Part shown: positions 41,350 to 51,494 of the stretch, one piece after another
Position numbering within the stretch: the stretch's first letter is position 1
How the letters are laid out: the number at the start of each line of letters is the position of its first letter
NCBI GenBank assembly: GCA_965261595.1
Contig: CBDHDG010000007.1
Location: forward strand, 672,001 to 736,000
DNA: 64,000 nt
Source of the DNA: a bacterium
GTDB lineage: Bacteria > UBA8248 > JACPRG01 > G963555815
Reading direction: 5' to 3'
Position numbers and translations under genes: made by a program
The notes under the pieces: generated by a model
What the model saw: the letters and a program-made list of their open reading frames with translations, nothing else
The model's database searches: none
What the model was told of the DNA's origin: nothing

Positions 41350-42755
41350 TGGACCGCCCCTGGGTTATTGGACACTCGGGTGAGGGTATTCGACCTCATG
41401 CGGCCTCCGCAACTTGAGCGAGTTTTTCCTGCCTTGCCTGGGCCGGCGTTCGGTAGCCGTAGCCCTCGAGAATCCAATGATGGTTGTACAGGTTTTTGAA
41501 CTCAAGCAGCGCCCACCGCAGTTCCTCTACGGTGGCGAAAGAGCGCACCCACAGGAGATTCTCCTTCAAGATGCGGATGAACCACTCACAGTAGCCATTT
41601 CCCTCGGGCGCCCGCACGAAGCTGGGCGAACTGGTCATGCCCAGGTAGGCGATCTCCCGCTGAAAGTCATCGGACAGATAGGCGGGGCCGTGGTCGTGAC
41701 GAACTTTAAGCCCCTCGGCGACGTCCGCCTCCAAGCCGGCGAAGCGCTCGGCGACCCCCTGCCGGATCGGCTCCAGGGCCTCGAAGCGGTTGCCGCTCTT
41801 GGCCGCATGGATCCCCACGCAGTCCACCGAGCAGTGATCCACCGCCACGAACACCGAGGCCACCCCCTCCTCGGTGGTCACCGTCGTCGTCATGTCCGTG
41901 CCCCACATTCGGTCGGGCCGCTCGGTGCGGATGGTCCCGTTGTGGGCCTTGGGACCTCGGGGTTTGCCCACCCGGTGGGGGGCCTGAAGCCCCGCCTCCC
42001 GCATCAGGCGACGCACCCGCTCCTTGCTGGTGCGGATGCCCGCGAAGCGCAGCCTCGCCCACACCTTGCGGTAGCCCTCGCCATGGAAGGGAGAGTCCTC
42101 CAGGACCTGCCGGATGTGGCCGAGGAGTTCCGCATCGGTGCACGGGCCCACAGGGCCGCGCTTATGGGGCGTGGGGCGTTCATGAACGGGGACCGCCTCT
42201 CGCCGCCGTTGCGCGTAGACCGTGGAGCGCGCCAAGCCCCAAAGGGCGCACACCCGCTTCAGGCCGTAGGCTCTGCCCGTGGAGGTGAAGCGGGCCTGAC
42301 TCATCGCCTCCACCTCCTGCCGGCTAAAGGGCGGCCGGCCTCCAGGCGGTCGATCTTCTCCCGCAGGACCTCGCCCTCCATCGTGAGTTCGCCCACCTTG
42401 GCCTTGAGCCGGGCGTTCTCCTCGTCCCGCTCATCCGCCGGGCGGGCTTTGAGCGCCGCCTCGCCCGCGCGAAGGAACGCCTCGCGCCAGGCGGAAAGCC
42501 GAGCCGCTGTCGTGCCCAACTCGCGGCAGAGCGTCTCCAGGCTCTCGCCCCGCAAAAGACGCAGGACCGCCTCCCGCTTGCGCCTGGCAGGAGAACCGAC
42601 CCCGCTCACTGCGATGCCCTGGGGCCTTGGCTCCGTTCGCCCTGCGGGCGCCCTCCGCCAAAGCCCCCTCTTGCTTTTGTTCGTTCATCGCGACACCCCT
42701 TTCTCCATGAATCATGGATCAATCGAGTGTCCAACAAAACCCTAGAGCGGGGGAA
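41350..42755 (-). mobile_element. IS3-type insertion sequence
   Basis: Imperfect terminal IRs sharing TTGGACACTC; GTG target duplication; orfA 42301-42688 (1-nt frameshift near 42591) and DDE orfB 41396-42304. Confidence 0.9.
41396..42304 (-). CDS. IS3-type transposase OrfB (rve integrase core)
   Basis: GYRKV, WGTD, HDHG, PEGNG..E. Confidence 0.9.
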   Translation of the reverse strand: MSQARFTSTGRAYGLKRVCALWGLARSTVYAQRRREAVPVHERPTPHKRGPVGPCTDAELLGHIRQVLEDSPFHGEGYRKVWARLRFAGIRTSKERVRRLMREAGLQAPHRVGKPRGPKAHNGTIRTERPDRMWGTDMTTTVTTEEGVASVFVAVDHCSVDCVGIHAAKSGNRFEALEPIRQGVAERFAGLEADVAEGLKVRHDHGPAYLSDDFQREIAYLGMTSSPSFVRAPEGNGYCEWFIRILKENLLWVRSFATVEELRWALLEFKNLYNHHWILEGYGYRTPAQARQEKLAQVAEAA

Positions 42756-42768
42756 GTGTCCCTGCGAT

Positions 42769-43047
42769 TCAGCGCGTGGGGAGCTTCTCGATCTCTTCGC
42801 CGACCTCTTGGGCCGCAAGGCGAAGCTCATATGATTTTTGCAGGTTCAGCCAGAATTCCGCCGACATGCCGAACCAGTGGCCCAGCCGCAACGCCGTGTC
42901 GGCGGTGATGCCCCGCCTTCCGGCGACGATCTGGCTGATCCGGTTGGCCGGGACATGGATCTCCCGGCTGAGGGCCTCGGCGCTGAGGCCGAGTTCTTCA
43001 AGCTCGTCTTTGAGGACCTCGCCGGGGTGGATGGGCGCCCTGCTCAT
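42769..43047 (-). CDS. higA: HigA antitoxin
   Basis: IHPGE.L, GRRGITADTALRL, FWLNLQ. Confidence 0.93.
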   Translation of the reverse strand: MSRAPIHPGEVLKDELEELGLSAEALSREIHVPANRISQIVAGRRGITADTALRLGHWFGMSAEFWLNLQKSYELRLAAQEVGEEIEKLPTR

Positions 43048-43055
43048 TTCATCCC

Positions 43056-43340
43056 TCAATGGTAGTCGGTGATTTCAACGTTGATCGGCCCAGCCGCTCC
43101 CCTGGGCCATTCAAAGCAAATCCTCCACTGCTGGTTAATGCGGATGGTGCATTGCCCTTTCCGGTCGCCACGCAACTGCTCAAACCTGTTGCTCCGCAGG
43201 GCAATGAGGTCTTGGATGCTGGTGGCGGCGTCCAATATCTCCAGCCGTTTTTCAGCCTGCCTTTTGAAGCCTTCGAAGGCTTTCAGAGAGCCATCTTCGG
43301 CGAACCGTCTCGTTCGTTTGTCTCGGTAGCTCTGAATCAT
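43056..43340 (-). CDS. higB: HigB (RelE/ParE-like) toxin
   Basis: MIQSY, NRFE.L.GDRKGQ.TIRINQQWRICF, VEITDYH. Confidence 0.93.
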   Translation of the reverse strand: MIQSYRDKRTRRFAEDGSLKAFEGFKRQAEKRLEILDAATSIQDLIALRSNRFEQLRGDRKGQCTIRINQQWRICFEWPRGAAGPINVEITDYH

Positions 43341-43346
43341 GAAAGA

Positions 43347-43389
43347 AGATAGAACATAAAACGTCGTACGTCAAGCGTCGTACGTACGG
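43347..43389 (-). promoter_or_regulatory. higBA promoter with repeated operator-like motif
   Basis: TTGACG-N17-TATCTT with CGTACGACG twice around the -35. Confidence 0.6.
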
Positions 43390-43531
43390 AATATCTATAA
43401 AAACGCCTCAAAGCTCTGTACGGATAGAGGAGCCGCCCGTGGCACACGTTCAATCCCACGAGGCGGGGCCGCCTCTACATAACGGGCGTAGAGAGCCAGT
43501 TGTAGCGACTGCCCACTTCGTCAAGGGTGAA

Positions 43532-43864
43532 GCCGGATTTCTCACAAAGCCAAACACCCGAACGCGGCAGGTCGAGTGAACCGCTTATATCTCAATGATT
43601 TGCCCAACGAGCGTGTGTTGACCAAACCCCGACATTCTGTTCCCCGCGGGAGTGTGACGGGCAGGGACCCCCTGCTTTCGCAGAGGGCAGGCTTAGCCCC
43701 TCCCCTACGACGAAAAAACCCTGTACGGGTGTAGGGCGGGTCCCCGTCCCCGCCCGGAAACACGACCGTTGCCTGTATCCCGCGCTTTCAAGGAAACACA
43801 TCCGCCGATGGCCATCCCGGCGGTAAGGGAAACAGGAAACCATGAGCTTGGTGAGAAATGCAGG
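43532..43864. mobile_element. MITE-like unit with IS1380-like ends containing a REP doublet
   Basis: CCGGATTTCTCAC / GTGAGAAATGCAGG; GTAG palindromes at about 43686-43756. Confidence 0.6.
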
Positions 43865-43916
43865 TTATCCATGTAACAGCGCGGCGGCGCATATCTCAGG
43901 CAAAGGCAACGATTGG

Positions 43917-44149
43917 GTGAAGGTCAAGCCCCTGCTTGAAAGGGTCGGGAATTGGAGAGACTTTCTTCCGGGTGGCGTATCCGAGGAAGAGATCGAGAGG
44001 ATAGGCCGTCATGAGAGGACAGGCAGACCCTTGGGAAATGACGGTTTTGTTGGAAAGCTTGAAGACCCATTGGGTCATGTCCCGCAACGGCGGAAGCTTG
44101 GACGAAAATGAAGGGATCAGCGGAAATAAGGTTGGCGTCCCCGCGATTC
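43917..44149 (+). mobile_element. RAYT-derived remnant (copy 3)
   Basis: Near-identical to 41131-41349; ends AAATAAGGTTGGCGTCCCCGCGATTC. Confidence 0.75.
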
Positions 44150-44307
44150 AGTCGGAATGCTTTGGAGATGGAAATTCAAGACTCAAGATGTGACCCTGGC
44201 CGTCCCCGCAAAGTTCGCCGGAAATCTGGGAAATGTTAGAATGTAAGACCTGACCCTGTGCCTTTCCATTTTAGCGCCCCCCATCAATCATGACGAAAGG
44301 AGAAGAT

Positions 44308-44697
44308 ATGCCTAGGGAAATTCTTCAGCCGAAAGGGCTCCTCGATCCTCGCCCCCGCTACTCTCAGGTCTCCCGATTCGGAAAGAAGGAGGTGTTCCTG
44401 GCGGGGCAGTTGGCCAGGGACGCCCGGGGGAACCTCGTTGGGACGGGAGATATCCGGGCTCAGACCCGTCAGGTCTTCGAGAACATCAAGAAGTGCCTTG
44501 AAGCGGTCGGGGCCGGCTTCGAGAACGTGGGGAAGATCAACGTTTACCTGACGGACATCGATAATCAGTTGGCCGCCGTTGGGGAGGTCAGACAGGAGTT
44601 TTTCTCGGAGCCCGTCCCCAGCACCACAGTCGGGGTGGCTCGCCTGGCGGAGCCTGACGCCCTGGTGGAGATCGAGGTGAATGTGATCTTCGAGTGA
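44308..44697 (+). CDS. RidA/YjgF family protein
   Basis: YSQ, FLAGQ, QTRQVFENI, P.ST.VGV..L, LVEIE. Confidence 0.92.
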   Translation: MPREILQPKGLLDPRPRYSQVSRFGKKEVFLAGQLARDARGNLVGTGDIRAQTRQVFENIKKCLEAVGAGFENVGKINVYLTDIDNQLAAVGEVRQEFFSEPVPSTTVGVARLAEPDALVEIEVNVIFE

Positions 44698-44729
44698 CCG
44701 GGGACCTGGCGGGCTTCCATAAAAACCAG

Positions 44730-44958
44730 CCCGCATTTCTCACAAAGACCGCGATGGGGCCGCACCACACGCTTATGGCTCCCGCGCCGGCTAACGGGGG
44801 AGGGCCGGTGCAGGAGTCAACCGACTCGCGCCCGGCGCCTACATGGGAAAGTGCGCACGGCCGCTCCAGTGTAAGGGCGGGGCGCCGCACCCGCCCCGAT
44901 GCGTTGCAAGGCCCGCTCATACACAGGCCTGTAACGGAATCGTTGGGAGATATCGAGG
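44730..44958. mobile_element. MITE-like unit with IS1380-like end containing a REP doublet
   Basis: CCCGCATTTCTCA start; REP-B inverted 44803-44842 plus second palindrome; GGCCTGTAACGGAA shared with 37068. Confidence 0.55.
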
Positions 44959-45017
44959 CTGAATCGTCGCCGGCTTTTTCACGGGTGGGGAACCCCTGAA
45001 AAGAAACGCCGACGCGA

Positions 45018-46472
45018 CTACTGGAATCCTTGACCGAATCCAAGATGGTGGGCCGCCGAGGCCCCCGCCACCCGGCCGGAGAAGATCGAGGGGCCCAGCA
45101 TGGTCCCTTCAAGGCCGGCTTCCCCGTTGATGTGTCCCCCGGCCATTCCGGCGACCTCCCCGGCCGCGTAGAGCCCCGGGACGGCCTCGCCCAGCGGGTC
45201 CAAGACCCGGCAAGTGAGATCCGTCCCGACCCCCCCCAAGTTCTTCCTGGCCAGGGGCATGAATTGAATCGCGTAAAACGGCGGCTTCTCAATCTTCTTC
45301 AGCCCCCGCAGGTCTTTTCCGAACGCGGGATCTTCCGTCAGACCGTCATCCAAATATCGGTTATAGCCGTTCATGGTCTTTTGGAACTCACCCCGATCCA
45401 CGTTCATAACCTTCGCCAAGTCCTCGATTGACGACGCCTTCTTGATGTCAGGCGAGCCTTCGAGAAGCCCCATCACCATGTCGGAAACGGCCTCGCTCCC
45501 CGCCCGGTAGGAAGGATCGGAGACCACGATCTCCCCGATCATGGACGAGTCGATGACGGCCCAGCACATCGGGGGGGTCTGACTCAAGACCGCCGGCGTC
45601 CCGGTCGCGCCTCCGGACAGGTCTTCATTATGAAACCGTTTCCCTTGAAAATTGACCCAGACGGCGTGCTTCAGGCCCCTGATCACCAGACCTCTCTTCC
45701 CGTCCCGATCCTTGGGGTCGGGGGTTGCGAACGCGTACATCCAGATATCTTCGAGGCGCCGGAAACTGCCTCCCGCGTCACCGATCAACCCATGCCCGGA
45801 GCCCAGAGCGCCGGGACCCCCGCCGGCCAGAAACCTCACATCTTTCAATCGGGGCGAATTTGTTCGGACCATGTCGTGGTTGGAGCAGAACCCCCCGGTC
45901 GCCGCGATGACGGCTTTGGCCTCGATCACCTCCTCGCCGGATTCCCGCTGAACCTCCGCGCCCCTGACCGCGCTCTCCTGATCCTTGAGAAGTCTTTTGA
46001 CTGACGTCGAATAGGCCCATTCAACGGCCTCCGACTTGACGGCCTCTTGATAGAGGCAGCGAACGATTTCTTCCCCTCCCCCTCCCGGCCTATGCCACCG
46101 GGGGACGGAGTTGCCTTCTTGATCCATCAACACCGTCCACTCGACGCCGAGCCCCGCCGTCCAGTGATAGAGATCGGGCAGGCTCCTTTCGATATAGAAC
46201 CGAGCCCACTCCATATCTGCGGTCCCTTTGGACCATTTGCGCCAATCTTCACAAGCCAGCTCGATGGAGTCTTCGACACCCTTTTTCCGCTGAAGGGGGG
46301 TGTCCACCATCAAGACCCCGCCGCCGGAGCCAATCGCCGTCCCGCCATGCGTGGGGGCCTGATCCACAATCTTGACCCGGGCCCCTCTGGATGAGGCCTC
46401 GATGGACGCCGACAGCCCCGCCGCTCCCGTGCCGATGATGAGGATGTCCGTGGAGGTATCTTTGGAAACCAT
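45018..46472 (-). CDS. FAD-dependent oxidoreductase (flavocytochrome c / FAD_binding_2 family)
   Basis: IGTGAAG, ATGGF, PGLYAAGE. Confidence 0.88.
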   Translation of the reverse strand: MVSKDTSTDILIIGTGAAGLSASIEASSRGARVKIVDQAPTHGGTAIGSGGGVLMVDTPLQRKKGVEDSIELACEDWRKWSKGTADMEWARFYIERSLPDLYHWTAGLGVEWTVLMDQEGNSVPRWHRPGGGGEEIVRCLYQEAVKSEAVEWAYSTSVKRLLKDQESAVRGAEVQRESGEEVIEAKAVIAATGGFCSNHDMVRTNSPRLKDVRFLAGGGPGALGSGHGLIGDAGGSFRRLEDIWMYAFATPDPKDRDGKRGLVIRGLKHAVWVNFQGKRFHNEDLSGGATGTPAVLSQTPPMCWAVIDSSMIGEIVVSDPSYRAGSEAVSDMVMGLLEGSPDIKKASSIEDLAKVMNVDRGEFQKTMNGYNRYLDDGLTEDPAFGKDLRGLKKIEKPPFYAIQFMPLARKNLGGVGTDLTCRVLDPLGEAVPGLYAAGEVAGMAGGHINGEAGLEGTMLGPSIFSGRVAGASAAHHLGFGQGFQ

Positions 46473-46637
46473 TCTCAGACCAGCCCTTCCCTGATCCAAC
46501 CACCTGGGTTTCTCATCAACTTAAACACCCGAACGGGGTAGTTCAATTGAACCGGTTAGCTTTCAATCATTGACCCAACGGACGGGCGCTGACCAAGTTT
46601 CAGCATTCTGTTCCTCAATGGCGGAATTGATAGGATG

Positions 46638-47102
46638 CTATATTTCGAGCAGTTTCTTCTTCTCCAGATTAAACTCCTCTTCTGTTAGAATTCCTTCATC
46701 CAATAATCCCTTTAACTTTTGAATCTCATCCGCCTTCGAGACGCTTGAACCTGAATTGTGAGATCCGACCTCTGAATAGTCCTGAACATATTCCTTTATT
46801 TTTACAGCCACTTTGTATGATACCGGATCCTTCAATATAACAGAATTTTCATCCAGGAGCGCTCCAAAAGATCCCCCGGTTAATGTATATGAACTATCCC
46901 TCGCTATTCCCCCTGCAATGGAAAACTGAATAAACCCAACTATCAATGGACCGGGCTTCTTTACTTCAACAGAAGTAACATTTCTGATTGGAATTGTTTT
47001 CTCGCGGTCGGAACGAAATAACCCTCCTTCTTTTATGATTCTAATAGTGCTGCCTCCAACTTCAAGGATTTTTCTCTGCTCGCCTCTTAGGACAAATGTC
47101 AT
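46638..47102 (-). CDS. SHOCT-domain protein (DUF4429-like)
   Basis: AT-rich; GFIQFS, C-terminal ADEI.KLK.LLDEGILTEEEF..EKKKLL. Confidence 0.85.
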   Translation of the reverse strand: MTFVLRGEQRKILEVGGSTIRIIKEGGLFRSDREKTIPIRNVTSVEVKKPGPLIVGFIQFSIAGGIARDSSYTLTGGSFGALLDENSVILKDPVSYKVAVKIKEYVQDYSEVGSHNSGSSVSKADEIQKLKGLLDEGILTEEEFNLEKKKLLEI

Positions 47103-47444
47103 AACTTTCTCCCAAGTGGAACGGCTATAGTGTCACCGTGAACCCAGTCAGTTCCATCTCTAATCTCAAGGGACACTCCCAGGCACTATGACCCTCCATA
47201 AAGGACCAAAATATCATATCTTTAGTTTTCGAGTCCCTGTTTAGCCTATTTCTCTCACAAACCATTCTTTTTGCTGGCAGGAGCGGCTTAGCAACTGAAG
47301 ATTCTTCGCTTCCCCTTCACACGAGATTCGAGCCGGCATAGGCCGGCTCACCCGAATGACATATCGGGAGCGCTGGTCAATCACAACCGGCATTCCGAAC
47401 GATGGTCAACCCATCCGCGTGAGGAATCTGCTCAAACCGATGAT

Positions 47445-47530
47445 CCCTGCGAAGGTGGCGGCCACGACGATCACGGGCACGACGTTGGGCAGGATGTGCA
47501 TAAGCATGACGCGGACCTTCCCGGCGGCCG
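47445..47530 (-). pseudogene. Fragment of a DppC-type ABC permease
   Basis: Reads KVRVMLMHILPNVVPVIVVAAT with no intact frame around it. Confidence 0.5.
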
Positions 47531-47720
47531 TCGCCAACCCTAACAGGGCGGAGGCCTACCCCATGGTGCAAAATAAAGCGATGACCCCAATCCTTCCCCA
47601 TTGGGAGGAGTCCGGATCGGGAAATATTAGATTGTAAACCCTGACCACATTCCCCCCTGCGACATAATTATTGCCCGCCATAGGATTTCATCTTTTTAAC
47701 GGCTCGGGAAATTGCTGAAT

Positions 47721-48242
47721 TCATTTCATTGTCGTAGAAAAGAATTCCGTACCATCTGATAGACTTGATAAACGAAGAAAATAACTACTTCCTCGTGCAG
47801 AGATATAGAATCCGTATTTAAACCCAGATGTGGCGTTGTTATAAACTTCGTGATATTCAAGGAGACGGGATTTTGCGAGTCCTTTGTAGTCACGATTAAT
47901 ATTGGGTATTGCCTTTTGCAAACTGATTGCCTCACCAAGGTCTAAAGTGTCCGTTCTGTCACCGTATTTATGCTTTTTTGCGAACGTTAAACCTACACTT
48001 ATTTGACCAAAAGCGAAATCTTCGATGTACCCAACCTCAATGGAGACTGGAGATCCAAATCGCACTGAAACTCGCCCGATATCTAAGATGACTTTTTTTA
48101 GGACAACCCCCTTGCAAGAACCAAATCGCTCATACTTGGTCTGTACTACGTCAGCAACCTCCTTCTTTTGAGCAAGTGTGGCAGTTGATAAGGCGGATAC
48201 TGCACTAACTAAAGTAAACGCAAAAATCAAAACCGTTGAAAA
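47721..48242 (-). pseudogene. AT-rich secreted hypothetical protein, 5' end cut by an IS1380 end
   Basis: Signal-peptide-like segment abuts CCCAGATATCCCATATGG at 48243. Confidence 0.5.
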
Positions 48243-48640
48243 CCCAGATATCCCATATGGATCATAACTTTTGTCGGACCGGAGGACATTTTCTGGAGTA
48301 AAATCAATGCATGAGCCTCCCCGAGCCATCCTCTCGCGGGGTAATCCAATGGGTGAAGCGAAAAAGTGGGCGTTGAAGGTCCGTTTTGAGCGTCGGCTGA
48401 GGCTTGAGTTTCACGGAACCAGAATGACTTCGGATGCGGGATTGCTGGCCTGCCGAGAGGGATCAAGCACTGGTCGTTACGCGGCCTTCAGCTTAAGCTC
48501 CTCAAAATGGGCGGCCGGCTCGTGCGGTACGCCCGCCACATCACCTTCCAGTTGGCCGAGGTCGGTGTATCCAGGAAGACATTTGCCCTTATCTTGGAGA
48601 GAATCAAGCGATGATGCCCGGTGCCTGTCTAGCGACCCTA
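48243..48640 (+). mobile_element. Internally deleted IS1380 remnant
   Basis: IS end, MGEAKK..LEFHG..TSDAGLL then C-terminal ITFQLAEV segment. Confidence 0.8.
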
Positions 48641-48851
48641 AGCGGAGTCCACACAAGGGCAAAATGACGAAGACTCCAAACCTGGTGGTCAAGCCCGTTT
48701 ACACGCCGGCGCTGACATGGTTTTCCAATGGCGGATACCGCTCCGATCAGGGTTTCAGGCGCCCGAAATGGTGTTGACAGCCCCGGTAAAGAGGGCTCTA
48801 ATTGAGTTAAAGAGCAACGGGTGGTCAATACAAGAGTTGTCTTGATTTAAA

Positions 48852-51494
48852 CCGGGATTTCCCAGATGACCACTCTTAGCCATCCTGCGGTCCTCCTGTG
48901 TCATCAAAGTACCCCATTTTACTACAGATTCAGGGTCTCTTTGCAGAACCCTCTGCTCAATCGAGGGGCAACGGCCGTCCTAAAGCCGCAATCCCTTGAA
49001 AACCCAGCTCTACCGGCACACTCAGGGGAGTTCGGCGCAGACTGATCCCCCGTCTCCACCACGTCACTAAGCTTCCGGGCCATCTGCTCCGTCATCCGGT
49101 ATCTGGTACGGGAGGCGGTAACCACAACCGTCGAATTCGTTCAAGGATTGCCCTGAACAGTTGACGCGGCACGGCCACCTCGGCCATCTGGAAGGTGGTG
49201 TACCGGGCGTGGGTGACCACCTTGGCCCCAATCTTAATCAGCTTCTCGCGTAACGTCGTCAGCGACCAGTGCTTCACCGCTCTGGGCAACGCCAGCCGCC
49301 GCAGGAAGTTTGCCAGGTTGTACGCCAAGGCAAATAGTTGCAAGCGGACCTGGTTCTCTTCAAAGCCGTGGCAGGACAGGCGCGTCCAGTTCAGGGCGTA
49401 CTTGCCCTCCTTGATCCACTGCTCCGCCGTCCCACGCTGGTTGTAGAACCTCACGACGTTCTCTTCCCGCCAGTGCAGGTTGGTCACGATGAAGCTGACT
49501 CTTGGAAACAACTCGCCCTGGTGCCACTCGACCGCCACCACCACCCGGCGAGGCTTCTCCCAACTAGCCGCCTGATAGGAGACGCTGTGGTAGAAGATAA
49601 TGGGCCTTTTGGGCGGTCGGCCAACCGGCCGGGTCAGAAGGCATTCGATGTCCCTGTACAAGATGGCGTTGGCCGGAAGCCGAATCGCATAGGAGTAGCC
49701 CTCCGCCTCAAGGTATCGGTACACCTCCGGCTTGGCAAATGCCGCGTCGCCTCGAAAAAACCGACAGACCTTCGCATCCCGGTAGCGAGCTACCACCGGC
49801 TCCAATACAGACCACCAGTCATCAGCGCTGTGGACCTTGCCGTTGCGCAACAGCGCCCGCTCCAGATCGCCAAACTGGTTGAAGCAAAACAGTGGGTGAT
49901 AGCAGGTGCAGCCGAAGTGGCCGTTGTAGGAAGAGCCTTCCTGCTCACCGTGGGTCGGGCTGACCGAACTGTCCATGTCCAGGATCAGCTTGCGAATCGG
50001 CTTGCGTTTGCGGACACGATCCACCAACACACCGGGCAGACCGCTCAGCGCCTTGAGGTTAAGGGGCCGGGTGAGGGTCTGCGTCTCGAATCGGCTCATC
50101 TGGCTGGTGGAGGCAGCGGTGTGATACTTCGCTCGCCCCCCAACCACCTGACGCATGGCGGGATCGACACAGAGCCGCTCGGCATCATTGGTGTCTTTAT
50201 ATCCTGCCAGGCGGCTGTAGACCGACTGGCGCACCAAAGCGGTGAGGCTGTGCCGGGTGTTCCCGCCCGTCCGTGAATCGGACAGAAACCCCTCGGCCGC
50301 CTTCGTCAGCCCCAACACCTCATCCAGTTCACGATAGGCAAGCAAACCGGCGTCACTCGTAACCTTTGCTCCGTGAAACTCCAGCCTGAGCCGACCGTCG
50401 AATTGGAGCCTCAACGGCCTCTTTTTCGCTTCACCCATCGGGTCCCCTCGCAAGATGATGGCAGGGAGAGGCCAACACTTTGATTTTACACGAGAAAACG
50501 GCCTTCGGGGCGTTAAAAATTATCATCCATATGGGAAATGCGGGATAATGGGCCTTTTGGGCGGTCGGCCAACCGGCCGGGTCAGAAGGCATTCGATGTC
50601 CCTGTACAAGATGGCGTTGGCCGGAAGCCGAATCGCATAGGAGTAGCCCTCCGCCTCAAGGTATCGGTACACCTCCGGCTTGGCAAATGCCGCGTCGCCT
50701 CGAAAAAACCGACAGACCTTCGCATCCCGGTAGCGAGCTACCACCGGCTCCAATACAGACCACCAGTCATCAGCGCTGTGGACCTTGCCGTTGCGCAACA
50801 GCGCCCGCTCCAGATCGCCAAACTGGTTGAAGCAAAACAGTGGGTGATAGCAGGTGCAGCCGAAGTGGCCGTTGTAGGAAGAGCCTTCCTGCTCACCGTG
50901 GGTCGGGCTGACCGAACTGTCCATGTCCAGGATCAGCTTGCGAATCGGCTTGCGTTTGCGGACACGATCCACCAACACACCGGGCAGACCGCTCAGCGCC
51001 TTGAGGGGTTAAGGGGCCGGGTGAGGGTCTGCGTCTCGAATCGGCTCATCTGGCTGGTGGAGGCAGCGGTGTGATACTTCGCTCGCCCCCCAACCACCTG
51101 ACGCATGGCGGGATCGACACAGAGCCGCTCGGCATCATTGGTGTCTTTATATCCTGCCAGGCGGCTGTAGACCGACTGGCGCACCAAAGCGGTGAGGCTG
51201 TGCCGGGTGTTCCCGCCCGTCCGTGAATCGGACAGAAACCCCTCGGCCGCCTTCGTCAGCCCCAACACCTCATCCAGTTCACGATAGGCAAGCAAACCGG
51301 CGTCACTCGTAACCTTTGCTCCGTGAAACTCCAGCCTGAGCCGACCGTCGAATTGGAGCCTCAACGGCCTCTTTTTCGCTTCACCCATTGGGTCCCCTCG
51401 CAAGATGATGGCAGGGAGAGGCCAACACCTTGATTTTACACGAGAAAACGGCCTTCGGGGCGTTAAAAATTATCATCCATATGGGAAATGCGGG
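48852..51494 (-). mobile_element. IS1380-family element with a ~950-bp tandem duplication of its left part
   Basis: Ends CCGGGATTTCCCA / TGGGAAATGCGGG flanked by TTAAA on both sides; 49597-50544 repeated as 50545-51494. Confidence 0.9.
49092..50438 (-). CDS. IS1380-family transposase
   Basis: TSDAGLL, LDMDS, RGD.AF, YNQRG.AE..IKE.K. Confidence 0.93.
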   Translation of the reverse strand: MGEAKKRPLRLQFDGRLRLEFHGAKVTSDAGLLAYRELDEVLGLTKAAEGFLSDSRTGGNTRHSLTALVRQSVYSRLAGYKDTNDAERLCVDPAMRQVVGGRAKYHTAASTSQMSRFETQTLTRPLNLKALSGLPGVLVDRVRKRKPIRKLILDMDSSVSPTHGEQEGSSYNGHFGCTCYHPLFCFNQFGDLERALLRNGKVHSADDWWSVLEPVVARYRDAKVCRFFRGDAAFAKPEVYRYLEAEGYSYAIRLPANAILYRDIECLLTRPVGRPPKRPIIFYHSVSYQAASWEKPRRVVVAVEWHQGELFPRVSFIVTNLHWREENVVRFYNQRGTAEQWIKEGKYALNWTRLSCHGFEENQVRLQLFALAYNLANFLRRLALPRAVKHWSLTTLREKLIKIGAKVVTHARYTTFQMAEVAVPRQLFRAILERIRRLWLPPPVPDTG

